Positions 45,519 to 55,241 are shown, numbered from the stretch's first letter. The stretch is DNA of 64,000 bases from Steroidobacteraceae bacterium (GCA_036401515.1 DASWUU010000155.1:8769-72768), one strand, 5' to 3'. Notes: generated by a model not told the origin, from the sequence alone. Translations and numbers: made by a program.

Positions 45519-48224
45519 ATGAAGTTGATGCAAGAACCGGTACCTGATCACGATCCGTTTGCAGAGCCGCAACCATTCGAATCGCTCGAGGACAGCGACG
45601 CCGAAGAGACTGAGGAGTGGAAGGCCGCGATTGAAAGTGTAGTGCAGCACGTCGGCACGAAACGCGCCGCATTTCTCATCAAGCAGGTCACCGACCACGC
45701 CCTGCAGCTCGGCGTAGCGGGACTCGCTCAGCCGTACTCTGCCTACCACAATACGATCCCGCTCGCGCGGCAGGCCGCGCATCCTGGAAATGTGGCGCTC
45801 GAAGAGCGCCTTACCGCCGTCATCCGCTGGAATGCGCTGGCGATGGTCATGCGCGCCAACCGCGCCTACGGCGATCTCGGCGGTCATGTCGCCAGCTATG
45901 CTTCGGCGGCTGAGATCTTCGAAGTCGGATTCAATCATTTCTTTCGCGGAGCCAGCGACGAGTCGCGCGGCGATCTGGTGTTCTTTCAGGCGCATTCGGC
46001 GCCGGGCGTATATGCACGCGCCTACCTTGAAGGGCGGCTGCCAGAGGAGAGATTGGCGAACTACCGGCAAGAAGTGAGCGGTGGGGGCCTTTGCTCCTAT
46101 CCTCATCCTTGGCTAATGCCGGACTTCTGGCAATTTCCCACCGGCTCCATGGGGCTCGGGCCCCTCATGTCCATCCAACAAGCGCGCTTCATGCGCTACT
46201 TGCAGCACCGTGAGGTGGCCGCACCTTCTGCACGTCATGTGTGGGGTGTGTTTGGCGACGGCGAAATGGACGAGCCCGAGTCCATTAGCGCCTTGACGCT
46301 GGCGGCTCGCGAAAAGCTCGACAATTTGACCTTCATCGTCAACTGCAATCTTCAGCGGCTCGATGGTCCGGTGCGCGGCAATGGCCAGATCGTTCAAGAG
46401 CTCGAAGCGTTGTTCACCGGTGCAGGGTGGAATGTCATCAAAGTTTTGTGGGGATCGGACTGGGACCCTTTGTTCGCGCGCGATCGGCACGGCGCACTGC
46501 TGAAACAATTTGCGCATACCGTGGATGGACAGTACCAGACGCTGGGCGCGAATGATGGCGCGTACAACCAGAGTCATTTCTTTGCTCTCGACCCCGATCT
46601 GCGCGGGCTGGTCGCGCACATGTCCTACCAGGAGATCGATGCGCTCAAGCGCGGCGGCCATGACTTTCGCAAATTGTATGCGGCCTTCAGCGCCGCGCGC
46701 GCACATCGTAATCGTCCCACCGTGATTCTCGCGAAGACCAAAAAGGGCTACGGAATGGGTCGCGCAGGCGAATCACGCATGACCGCCCATCAAGACAAAA
46801 AGCTTGATGTCCGTGCGCTGCAGGCCTTTCGGGACCGTTTCAATCTTTCGCTGAGCGATGAAGATTTGGTACATATGCGCTTCCTCAAACCGGCGGATGA
46901 TAGCGAGGAGATGCGCTATTTGAAGGAGCGGCGCGCCTTGCTCGGCGGCTATCTGCCTGTCCGCATCAGCGCGGCGCCCGCCGTGGCGGTGCCACCTATC
47001 GGCAGCTACGCGACATTTGCACTTGCGGCGGAGCAAAAGGAAATGTCCACCACGATGGCGTTCGTGCGAATGCTGAGCGCGCTCCTACGGGACAAGACCC
47101 TCGGGCCGCGAGTCGTACCGATCGTGGCCGACGAGGCGCGCACATTCGGCATGGCAAGCCTGTTCCGTCAGATCGGTATTTATTCACCGAGCGGTCAGCT
47201 GTACGAGCCTGAGGACTCCAGTTCGTTGCTTGCGTATCGCGAGTCACGGCAGGGCCAACTCATGGAGGAGGGGATAACCGAGGCAGGCGCGCTGTCGACG
47301 TGGATCTCCGCGGCCACTTCCTACAGCGTGCATGGCATCGCCATGCTGCCGTTTTACATCTACTACTCTATGTTTGGCTTCCAGCGGGTCGGCGATTTGA
47401 TTTGGGCCGCTGCCGATCAGAGAGCTCGCGGCTTCTTGATCGGCGCCACTGCTGGACGCACTACCCTGGGCGGCGAAGGATTGCAGCACCAAGACGGTAC
47501 CAGTCATCTTATCGCAGCGACCATTCCCAATTGTCGTGCTTTCGATCCCGCCTTCGCCTTTGAGTTGGCGGTGATCGTCGATCATGGCATGCGACGCATG
47601 CTTGAAGAGCAAGTGGACGAGTTCTACTACGTCACCGCGATGAACGAGAACTATGCACAGCCCTCGATGCAGCCTGGCGTTGCTGCAGACATCATCAAGG
47701 GACTGTATCGATTTCAGGCGGCGACGCGGGACGCACAGGTCAGACTGGTGGGCTCCGGCGCAATCCTGCGCGAGGTGATCGAGGCGGCCGAGCTGTTGCA
47801 GACCGATTTCGGTGTCGCGGCGGAGGTCTTCAGCGCGACGAGTTTCAGCGAACTCGCCCGCAACGCGCGCGAGATCGAACGTCTGAACCGATTGCATCCT
47901 GAAGCGCCGCGGCGCCAAAGCCATCTTGAGCTGAATCTTGCTGGCGACGTGCCGATTATTGCGGCAAGCGACTATGTGCGCGCCTATGCCCAAATGATCG
48001 TCCCGTACCTATCCGCCCGCTGTATGGTGCTCGGAACCGATGGTTTTGGCCGAAGCGACACCCGCACCGAATTGCGGCGATTCTTCGAGGTCGACCGATA
48101 TCAAATTGTAGTGGCGGCCCTGTTATCACTGGCGGAGCTTGGCAGACTGGAAAGGTCGGTCGTTACGCACGCCATCGAACGCTACCGGATCAACGCAGAC
48201 GCAGAAGCACCCTGGTTGCTTTGA
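45519..48224 (+). CDS. aceE: pyruvate-dehydrogenase-type E1 component, homodimeric (AceE-like)
   Basis: ATG 45519 lies 4 nt after the monooxygenase stop. About 900 aa. ThDP motif FGDGEMDEPESISALTLAAREKLDNLTFIVNCNLQRLDGPVRGN; HQDGTSH. No E2 or E3 gene lies downstream. Confidence 0.85.
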   Translation: MKLMQEPVPDHDPFAEPQPFESLEDSDAEETEEWKAAIESVVQHVGTKRAAFLIKQVTDHALQLGVAGLAQPYSAYHNTIPLARQAAHPGNVALEERLTAVIRWNALAMVMRANRAYGDLGGHVASYASAAEIFEVGFNHFFRGASDESRGDLVFFQAHSAPGVYARAYLEGRLPEERLANYRQEVSGGGLCSYPHPWLMPDFWQFPTGSMGLGPLMSIQQARFMRYLQHREVAAPSARHVWGVFGDGEMDEPESISALTLAAREKLDNLTFIVNCNLQRLDGPVRGNGQIVQELEALFTGAGWNVIKVLWGSDWDPLFARDRHGALLKQFAHTVDGQYQTLGANDGAYNQSHFFALDPDLRGLVAHMSYQEIDALKRGGHDFRKLYAAFSAARAHRNRPTVILAKTKKGYGMGRAGESRMTAHQDKKLDVRALQAFRDRFNLSLSDEDLVHMRFLKPADDSEEMRYLKERRALLGGYLPVRISAAPAVAVPPIGSYATFALAAEQKEMSTTMAFVRMLSALLRDKTLGPRVVPIVADEARTFGMASLFRQIGIYSPSGQLYEPEDSSSLLAYRESRQGQLMEEGITEAGALSTWISAATSYSVHGIAMLPFYIYYSMFGFQRVGDLIWAAADQRARGFLIGATAGRTTLGGEGLQHQDGTSHLIAATIPNCRAFDPAFAFELAVIVDHGMRRMLEEQVDEFYYVTAMNENYAQPSMQPGVAADIIKGLYRFQAATRDAQVRLVGSGAILREVIEAAELLQTDFGVAAEVFSATSFSELARNAREIERLNRLHPEAPRRQSHLELNLAGDVPIIAASDYVRAYAQMIVPYLSARCMVLGTDGFGRSDTRTELRRFFEVDRYQIVVAALLSLAELGRLERSVVTHAIERYRINADAEAPWLL

Positions 48225-48370
48225 GTTTGACCTCAGCTGATGAAGGTAGTTCGCCGGCCGCCTTTCTCGCAGCCGCCTCGGCGTGCGCTATTGCGCAGAG
48301 GGCATTTAAGGTCCGCCCGACCCATAAGTGGCGGCAGGTTCCCAAAATTCTAAATTTGGTGGCAAAATGG

Positions 48371-48390
48371 CCTATCCGATAACAAATAGG
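48371..48390. promoter_or_regulatory. CCTAT-N10-ATAGG inverted repeat immediately upstream of the LysR start
   Basis: cctatccgataacaaatagg is seen directly. It fits the loose T-N11-A LysR-box idea, but its position 8 nt before the ATG is unusual. Confidence 0.2.
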
Positions 48391-48397
48391 CATCACC

Positions 48398-49348
48398 ATG
48401 AAACTGACTCAACTACGGGACGTGGTCACCGTTGGCGAGCGCGGCAGTCTTCGCGGAGCGGCTCGTCATTTAGGCCTGGCTCAACCGGCCATCACCCGCA
48501 GTATCCGCGAAATCGAACGTGAACTCGGCGTGCCGCTGTTCGAGCGGCAGGCGAAGGGAATGGTGTTGACCCCAATGGGGGAGCGCTTCGTGCTACGCGC
48601 CCGCACCGTTCAAGATGAGCTGCGGCGCGCTCGCGAAGAAATCGATCAGCTGCGCGGTCAAACCACCGGTAGGGTGACCGTAGGTCTGTCCACGGTTTCG
48701 CACATTGCGCTCCTGCCTCGCTCGCTGCAAACGTTTCGTACGCGCTATCCGGACGTACTGCTCGACATCGAAGAGTCGCTTTACCCCAATATCGAAATCG
48801 CCTTGATCACGGGCAAGCTGGACTTCTACGTAGGACCTTTGCCGGAGACGCCGTTACCGAAGGATCTGGCAGCCGAAAAGCTGTTCGACAACAAGCGTGT
48901 CGTGTTGGCGCGCAAAGGACATGCGCTATCCGGCGCGCGTTCGTTACGTGAACTCGTGGACGCCAACTGGATTACCACGTCGGTAACCACGCAAAGGAGT
49001 GCAGAACTCGGCCCGCTATTTGAGCATCACGGGCTGGCCGCCCCGAAGGTGCGCATGCAGGCACACTCTGCGCTCACGATGATCATGGCAGCTGCGCATT
49101 CGGACCTTTTGGCGATGATGCCGCAGCAGTGGCGCGACTCGCCTTGGTCAAACGAGCTGTTGCAAGTCATCGAGGTGGAGGAGTTGCTCACCGCTGCGGC
49201 CATGCACATCGTGAAGCGCACACGTCTGCCCCTGACGCCCGCGGCAGAGTACTTGTGCGACTTGTTACGTCGGGCCAAACCGCCCGAGGCAGCACCTTTA
49301 CGCGCCCTCACCCAAGCAAAGGATCGCAAGTTGGGCCGACGTAAATAG
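48398..49348 (+). CDS. LysR-family transcriptional regulator
   Basis: MKLTQLRDVVTVGERGSLRGAARHLGLAQPAITRSIREIERELGVPLFER, plus a substrate-binding domain. It is a paralog of 58378-59388. Confidence 0.9.
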   Translation: MKLTQLRDVVTVGERGSLRGAARHLGLAQPAITRSIREIERELGVPLFERQAKGMVLTPMGERFVLRARTVQDELRRAREEIDQLRGQTTGRVTVGLSTVSHIALLPRSLQTFRTRYPDVLLDIEESLYPNIEIALITGKLDFYVGPLPETPLPKDLAAEKLFDNKRVVLARKGHALSGARSLRELVDANWITTSVTTQRSAELGPLFEHHGLAAPKVRMQAHSALTMIMAAAHSDLLAMMPQQWRDSPWSNELLQVIEVEELLTAAAMHIVKRTRLPLTPAAEYLCDLLRRAKPPEAAPLRALTQAKDRKLGRRK

Positions 49349-49360
49349 GCAAACCAAACC

Positions 49361-50320
49361 TTACGCGATTTGCTCGGCCGTTCTGTAGGGGTTCACATCT
49401 ACCTCATAGTTGTGAACGAAGTCCTGCGGAAGATCAGGTCCCCAATTGTCGAGCGAGTCTTCCATGCCGTAGTTGGTAGGAGACCATGTCGCGTAGTCCG
49501 CGATGTAGTCGATGTCAGAGTAGTATTCGAACCAGCTTCCCCAGGGATCCTGGATGTAATGGAAGAAATTCGAGCCGATGGTGTGGCGGCCGAAACCCCA
49601 ATGCCCGCGTTTGGCCAACTGCGAAAGGCGGCGGCCACCGCGGCCCACATCATCCGGTGTTGGCACCAGAAAGCTGGCGTGATGAAAACCGATGCCCGGA
49701 GATTTTGCAAAAGCCACCACATGATGGTCACTTCCATGTCGCGCGCACATGAAAGCGATCACGTCCTGCGCACGATCGGCAAGCCCCATGCCGAGCGCGT
49801 CGCTGAAGAACCGCACGCTGCGGGAGACATCCGGAGAAAAAAGCAAAACGTGTCCAAGGCGTACCGGCCTGACATCGGCTGTCTTTGCTTTGCCCAACAT
49901 GGCGGATCGGTTTTCGCGAACGACCCGGCCAGGACCGTTTATCGAGAACGGCTCAGGGCACGTCGGTTCGTTCTCACGCAGCGCATCTACCAAGTGAACA
50001 CGCAAGCCGTGCGGATCCTCCAGCCAGACACCATCGGCGGAGAATCCTTTGGGTGCAGCGATTAACTGGCCACCCTGGGCTGGTACTGCGCGCCTAACCT
50101 CGTTGAAAAGCTCAGGATCTGCACGCAACGTTAAATGATGCAGGCGCTTGCGTGCTGCGCCCCCTAACAGAGTGATGCATTCGTGCGTACCGGCATCGCA
50201 GCTTAACCGAGCTAGATTGCCATCGACCTTCGCCTGTAGGCCGGCCGCCGAGTAATATTGGACCCCCGGCTCAATGTCGGGCACCTCTAGGGTGACGCCA
50301 TACGGTCCCAGGACTGCCAT
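49361..50320 (-). CDS. two-module VOC-superfamily extradiol ring-cleavage dioxygenase
   Basis: 319 aa. LGHVLLFSPDVSRSVRFFSDALGM, GSDHHVVAF, GFHHASFLV, GFGRHTIGSNFFHYIQDPWGSWFEYYSD. Confidence 0.8.
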   Translation of the reverse strand: MAVLGPYGVTLEVPDIEPGVQYYSAAGLQAKVDGNLARLSCDAGTHECITLLGGAARKRLHHLTLRADPELFNEVRRAVPAQGGQLIAAPKGFSADGVWLEDPHGLRVHLVDALRENEPTCPEPFSINGPGRVVRENRSAMLGKAKTADVRPVRLGHVLLFSPDVSRSVRFFSDALGMGLADRAQDVIAFMCARHGSDHHVVAFAKSPGIGFHHASFLVPTPDDVGRGGRRLSQLAKRGHWGFGRHTIGSNFFHYIQDPWGSWFEYYSDIDYIADYATWSPTNYGMEDSLDNWGPDLPQDFVHNYEVDVNPYRTAEQIA

Positions 50321-50526
50321 TTACGCTCTCCGCGGATTCGATGTCCCGATTATCCGCATCGGTGCCCCTGCAGTGGATGCCGAAAGCAACTGCACGATGC
50401 CGGAATGGCATCAGCCGCAGAACTTAAGTGATGCCTTTCGAGCATCGATACCGCCATCTCGACATCATCCCAACTGCTTCTCGATGCCTTATGTTGCACG
50501 TCACAACTGACAACTCCGGGAGGCCC

Positions 50527-50983
50527 ATGCACGACGTAATCCTGATTCGCCAACTCATCGAGAACTGGGCAGTATACCATGGAAGGTGCTAGCGTCGATG
50601 TCATTGGTCCGCGAGCGGTATCGATCAGTCGGATGGAAATCACACAGCGGGCAGTGGTCGACGGCGTCTTCGTGGCCGTGAATTGTGGCGGCCGGCTCTG
50701 GGACGCGTTACAGAAAAGCGATGGAAAATTTGAATTGATGCTGCGTCAACCGATCTACGAAATGGACCGAATGACAGTGGTTGAGCCGGCGATCACACTC
50801 AGACTCGATCCAGACCTTCTGGCCGCCTATCCAGAAGGATATCGTCATCTTGCTTATTTGCAGACTCGGCTGGGTCTAAAAGTTAAAGATAAATTGCCCG
50901 GCACGCGTGGACCCGAGATCGAGGCCTTAATGGCGCGTGGCATGCGCTGGCTACAAGGTGATGATCCGACCTGCCTCGAATAG
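50527..50983 (+). pseudogene. NTF2-like (SnoaL_4-type) protein with an internal out-of-frame deletion
   Basis: MHDVILIRQLIENWAVY then a stop. The +1 frame continues GASVDVIGPRAVSISRMEITQRAVVDG...GRLWDALQKSDGKFELMLRQPIYEMDRM...PEGYRHLAYLQ...LPGTRGPEIE. It is colinear with the intact paralog at 59491-60108 but lacks roughly 50 codons. Confidence 0.6.
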
Positions 50984-51037
50984 CTTGGCGACAAGGATTG
51001 TATAAACGCGGACCGCATTTTGGTGGAGAGCATTCAC

Positions 51038-52006
51038 ATGTTAGCAACCGTTGAGACTTTGACGGCAGAACTTTGTACTGCGCTCGGTGCTCCCGGAACA
51101 ATCGTCGGGCCGCCCAATGGCACGGAAGAACCGCGTTTCTCTTTGTTTCATGCCGCCAATTCGATTTGCTCACAAAAGGTTCGCCTCGTGCTAGCGCAGC
51201 ATCGGCTGCTCTACACATCTCACACGTTAAATATTTTCAGCGGACAAACCTATCTGCCCAGTTACGTTCGCCTAAGGCTGATCGGTTGTAACCGAATCGG
51301 ACTGCCGTTGGTGGTTACCCACACGGGTAGCACGTCAGTCACCTCCGGCGGGTGCGACCCCGCAGTGGTCCCCACGCTAATTGATCGGCAGACGAATCAG
51401 GTGATCGTCGATTCGAAACTCATCTGTCTTTATCTCGATGGGCTTGTACCCGAACCTCAACGATTGCGTCCGGCATTTCTCGCGAGGGCAGTCGACGAGG
51501 AACTCCAAATCGTCGACAATTTGCCTAATTACCAGATGGTCTTTGGCCGACCGACCGCCGCGGATTTACGGCCTGAGCAACTTAGACTTAACGATGGTGC
51601 AGATTTTTCGATGAGTAAGGTGAAGCGTTGCGATCAGTACTTAGCGGAATTCGCCGACGATAGGGCGCTGGTAGTCGCCTACCAGGCGAAGCGATCAAAG
51701 GAGCGCGAGGCGGCAAGAAGCCTTTTTTCCGATGAGGCGATGCAGGCTGCTTATGCAAAAGCCGCACAAGCCTGTGCCCTCTTGAATCTCAGGTTGCAGA
51801 CTCGTGACTCTACGTGGCTGACGGGAACTTCGGTAACAATGGCGGATTTATTCTGGGCAGTGGAATTGCTTAGGATGAAAAATCTCGGCGCGGCATACCT
51901 GTGGGAGCATAGAAAATTCCCTGCGGTCGAAAAATTTCTCGCGGCGGCTGAACGTCTCGCGTCCGTCCGTTCGGCTGTGCTTGAGTGGCCTGGAGCGCAA
52001 TTTTGA
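51038..52006 (+). CDS. glutathione S-transferase family protein, long form
   Basis: GGTGGAGAG then ATG 51038. FSLFHAANSICSQKVRLVLAQ...VVPTLIDRQTNQVIVDSKLICLYLD (thioredoxin-like N-domain with an insertion), followed by a helical C-domain. Confidence 0.65.
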   Translation: MLATVETLTAELCTALGAPGTIVGPPNGTEEPRFSLFHAANSICSQKVRLVLAQHRLLYTSHTLNIFSGQTYLPSYVRLRLIGCNRIGLPLVVTHTGSTSVTSGGCDPAVVPTLIDRQTNQVIVDSKLICLYLDGLVPEPQRLRPAFLARAVDEELQIVDNLPNYQMVFGRPTAADLRPEQLRLNDGADFSMSKVKRCDQYLAEFADDRALVVAYQAKRSKEREAARSLFSDEAMQAAYAKAAQACALLNLRLQTRDSTWLTGTSVTMADLFWAVELLRMKNLGAAYLWEHRKFPAVEKFLAAAERLASVRSAVLEWPGAQF

Positions 52007-52236
52007 GTGCTTGGCGGCGAGTAAGGTCGCAACGGTAAAAGCGCCCGTCGGAGAGGCTGACACTCCAACGACATCCACCTGAAGCCAATCATGTTTCGGG
52101 TAAGAGTAGGGGCATCAACTTAAGCTACATGAGCGATTTTCACTGAGAACAAGGACTTATGTAAAGTTCGCCCTGGCCAGCCGTCCCACCAATTTCAATG
52201 TCTTGCAGACATTATCAGATCTAGGTTATTGAACTG

Positions 52237-52608
52237 ATGATGAACAGCGCAACTCATTATGAACAGCTGCCGGACTGCGTAATGCAACTCAGGCCCGACA
52301 CTAAGAATCAACTGGAGCAGGGGTGGGAGCAACTGGGCATCGCGCCGCGTGTTGCTGCGGTTGCGCCCGGCTACGCGGTATTGGTTCTAACTTCTAGGTA
52401 CGGGGATGATGGCGAGCGCTCCAAGACGGCTTGCACAGATCTTTGCCCGCTCGCTAACCTGCGGGAGTTCGAATGCCCTATCCCGCTCGAGCCCTTTCAT
52501 CAAGAACTGCGCTGGCATCAACGCCACAATGCCGATCCCGCGCATACTTATCTCCGCTCGCTGCTGCTGCGAGTAGCCAAGCAGCAAGATGACCGCATCA
52601 TTGCCTAG
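52237..52608 (+). pseudogene. C-terminal fragment of a LysR-type regulator
   Basis: ...LEQLGIAPRVAAVAPGY...LREFECPIPLEPFHQELRWHQRHNADPAHTYLRSLL matches the end of the NodD/PecT-like LysR effector domain. There is no HTH part. Confidence 0.4.
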
Positions 52609-53135
52609 GCGTCTCATCGACGCAAGCATCGGCAGGCCAGCTAGACGCCTACATGGGCGTCGCTGAAGATGTTGCCCGACCGCGTACGGACCAGATCCTC
52701 GCCCGAGCGAAAGGCGACATTGATCGGATCCATACGCACACCGACAAACTTGATCTCGCGGCGCAGAACACGGCGCTGAATCCCGATGCCAATGTCGGCG
52801 CGCACCAGATGTTCTTGCGATCTGCTCGGCACGCCATTTGGCGCCTGGTTAGCCGGAGCTTCGTAGTCGTTCGGCGCGTCTTGGCGTTCCTCGATCGTCC
52901 TTTGCGACCAGGGCGTGCCGGCACCGATCGCTTTTCCGTCGAACGTACACCCCGCATTGGACTCGGTCGCGGGTGCACCTGTGTTAGCGGTCGAGAATAA
53001 CATTGGGCATCGAACGATCGCTTCTCAAACATTGCGATGCTATTTTGCGATCGCTGCACAACATCTGCTGTCTTACCCGTTCGTCACGACAGCAATACCA
53101 TTGCTCGGAACCCCACCTTGTTATTTGTCCTGAAG

Positions 53136-53906
53136 ATGACCCCGACCAGCAAAAAAGTCTGCGCTATCACCGGTTCCTCCTCGGGTATCGGCGCGGCAAG
53201 CGCCGAGCTATTCGCACAGCGCGGCTGGGATATCTGCATCAACTATTCGCGTCATCGCGAACGGGCAGAGGCGGTGGCGAGAATCTGCCGCGCGCACGGC
53301 GCGGAGGTCGTCGTCGAGTGCGCCGACGTGTCGGACAATGCCCAGTGCCTGGCGATGGCGGCTCAAGTTGAGCAGCGTTTCGGTCGTTGCGATGCGCTCG
53401 TCAATAACGCCGGCACCACGAAATTTGTGGACATCAAGGATCTCGATGGCTTGAGCGCCGAGGATTTCCAGCATGTCTTTGCCATCAATGTGATCGGCGC
53501 CTATCAAATGACGCGCGCGTTCGCACCCATGCTCAAACGCCAGCCGGGGGCCGGGGTCATCATGGTCTCTTCGGTCGCCTCGCTGCTCGCGGCGGGCTCA
53601 AGCACAGCCTATATCGTCTCGAAAGGGGCGCTCAATACCTTGACCCAGGTGTTGGCAAGGGCCTTGGGCCCGCAAGTGCGGGTGAACGCCGTCGCGCCAG
53701 GCATGGTCAACTCTACGTGGCTGCAACAAGGCCTCGGACCGGAGCGCTTTGCGATGGCGAAACAGTCCTATGAGACAGCGGCGGCCTTAGCCTCATTGGT
53801 AATGCCGCACGATGTGGCGGAAATGATTTTCTGGCTCGCCGCGGGCGCGCTCAAAACCACCGGTGAGATTCAGGTGGTCGATGCGGGACGGCGGATTGGC
53901 CGCTAG
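53136..53906 (+). CDS. SDR-family oxidoreductase
   Basis: ITGSSSGIGAA, NNAG, SSVASLLAAGSSTAYIVSKGAL, NAVAPG. Confidence 0.85.
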   Translation: MTPTSKKVCAITGSSSGIGAASAELFAQRGWDICINYSRHRERAEAVARICRAHGAEVVVECADVSDNAQCLAMAAQVEQRFGRCDALVNNAGTTKFVDIKDLDGLSAEDFQHVFAINVIGAYQMTRAFAPMLKRQPGAGVIMVSSVASLLAAGSSTAYIVSKGALNTLTQVLARALGPQVRVNAVAPGMVNSTWLQQGLGPERFAMAKQSYETAAALASLVMPHDVAEMIFWLAAGALKTTGEIQVVDAGRRIGR

Positions 53907-54066
53907 AATACCGCGGGTGCATGACGAGCCGATGATCTAGAAATGTGATCACCCGAGCTTATTTGTCCTCTGTGTGCCTCCTCGAAGGAGGGCTATCGTA
54001 GCGGGGCTGGCTTTGCGGCTTCTTCGCATCCCTGCCGTGGGGAAGCATTCATAATAAGGCGCAACA

Positions 54067-55191
54067 ATGGCTTGTGTTTCGACGGCATTAATCGTCGGCG
54101 GTGGTATCGCCGGTCTCTCCGCTTCCATCGCTCTGTCACGCGTCGGCGTAAGCTGCCTGGTGGTGGAGTTGGCCGATGCTCCGCTCGGATCATCACTCGG
54201 CATCTCCGGCCGCGCCGCGGAAGCCTTGAATGAGTTGGGCGTCTACGATGAGTGTTACGCCACGGGCACGCCGTTCACCAGTGCGACGACGGCGCTGCAC
54301 ATCATGAACGCCAAAGGCGAGCTGATTAGCGCCGGCCCCAAGCGCCCTGAATGGCCGGGTTCCAAGACACCGATCGGCGTTTACCGGCCGGTGCTGCTGC
54401 AGGTGTTGAATGACGCCGCGCGACGTTCGGGTGTCGAAGTGCGCCGTGGCGTGACCGCCGCGAAGATCGAGGAGGGCGACGCGGCATGCGCCGTGACGTT
54501 AAGCACCGGGGAGCAGCGACAGTTCGATTTTTTGGTGGGTGCGGATGGCATCTCCTCGCATACCCGCGAGATGATTTTTCCGGAGGCGCCGAAGCCTGAG
54601 TATTCCGGGCAAATGAGCATGCGCTGGATCGTGCCGGGTCCGCCGCTCACGGGTGAGGGCTGGTATGTCGGTCCGCTCGGACGGGTCGGTTTCTATCACT
54701 TGCCGCAGGGCATCTACGTGCCCGCGGTTCTAGATGAGCGTGAGTGGGTCCGCAAGACCGAAGAGCAGGTACACGCACTGTTTGCACGGCTGCTCGATTC
54801 GTTTACCGCGCCCGCGGTGGTCGAGCTGCGGCGGCGCTTGACCCCGGACTCGGAGGTCATCTGCCGACCGTTCGAATGGATTTTGTTGCCGAATCCCTGG
54901 CATCGCGGCCGAACGCTACTGATCGGCGATGCGGCGCACGCCACCACTGCGCACATGGGCATGGGGGGAGGGATGGCGCTCGAAGACGCAGTGGTGTTGG
55001 GTCAGTGCATCGGTGCCGCCAAGACGTTGCCTGAGGCGCTCGATGCCTTCATGGCGCGCCGTTTTGCGCGGGTCAGCATCGTGGTTGCGACCAGCGTGGA
55101 GTTGTCGCGTCTCGAACAAGCCAAGGCCCCGCAATCTGAGAATGTCGCGTTGCTGAGCGCCGCCTTCAAGAGCATTGCCCAACCGTATTGA
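54067..55191 (+). CDS. FAD-dependent monooxygenase (UbiH/salicylate-hydroxylase type)
   Basis: ALIVGGGIAGLSASIAL, GADGISSHTR, LIGDAAHATTAHMGMGGGMALEDAVVL. Confidence 0.85.
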   Translation: MACVSTALIVGGGIAGLSASIALSRVGVSCLVVELADAPLGSSLGISGRAAEALNELGVYDECYATGTPFTSATTALHIMNAKGELISAGPKRPEWPGSKTPIGVYRPVLLQVLNDAARRSGVEVRRGVTAAKIEEGDAACAVTLSTGEQRQFDFLVGADGISSHTREMIFPEAPKPEYSGQMSMRWIVPGPPLTGEGWYVGPLGRVGFYHLPQGIYVPAVLDEREWVRKTEEQVHALFARLLDSFTAPAVVELRRRLTPDSEVICRPFEWILLPNPWHRGRTLLIGDAAHATTAHMGMGGGMALEDAVVLGQCIGAAKTLPEALDAFMARRFARVSIVVATSVELSRLEQAKAPQSENVALLSAAFKSIAQPY

Positions 55192-55241
55192 ATCGCACGC
55201 CAGTTGCCATCACCGTGAGGTGTGACGAAATAAGGGGCCCC

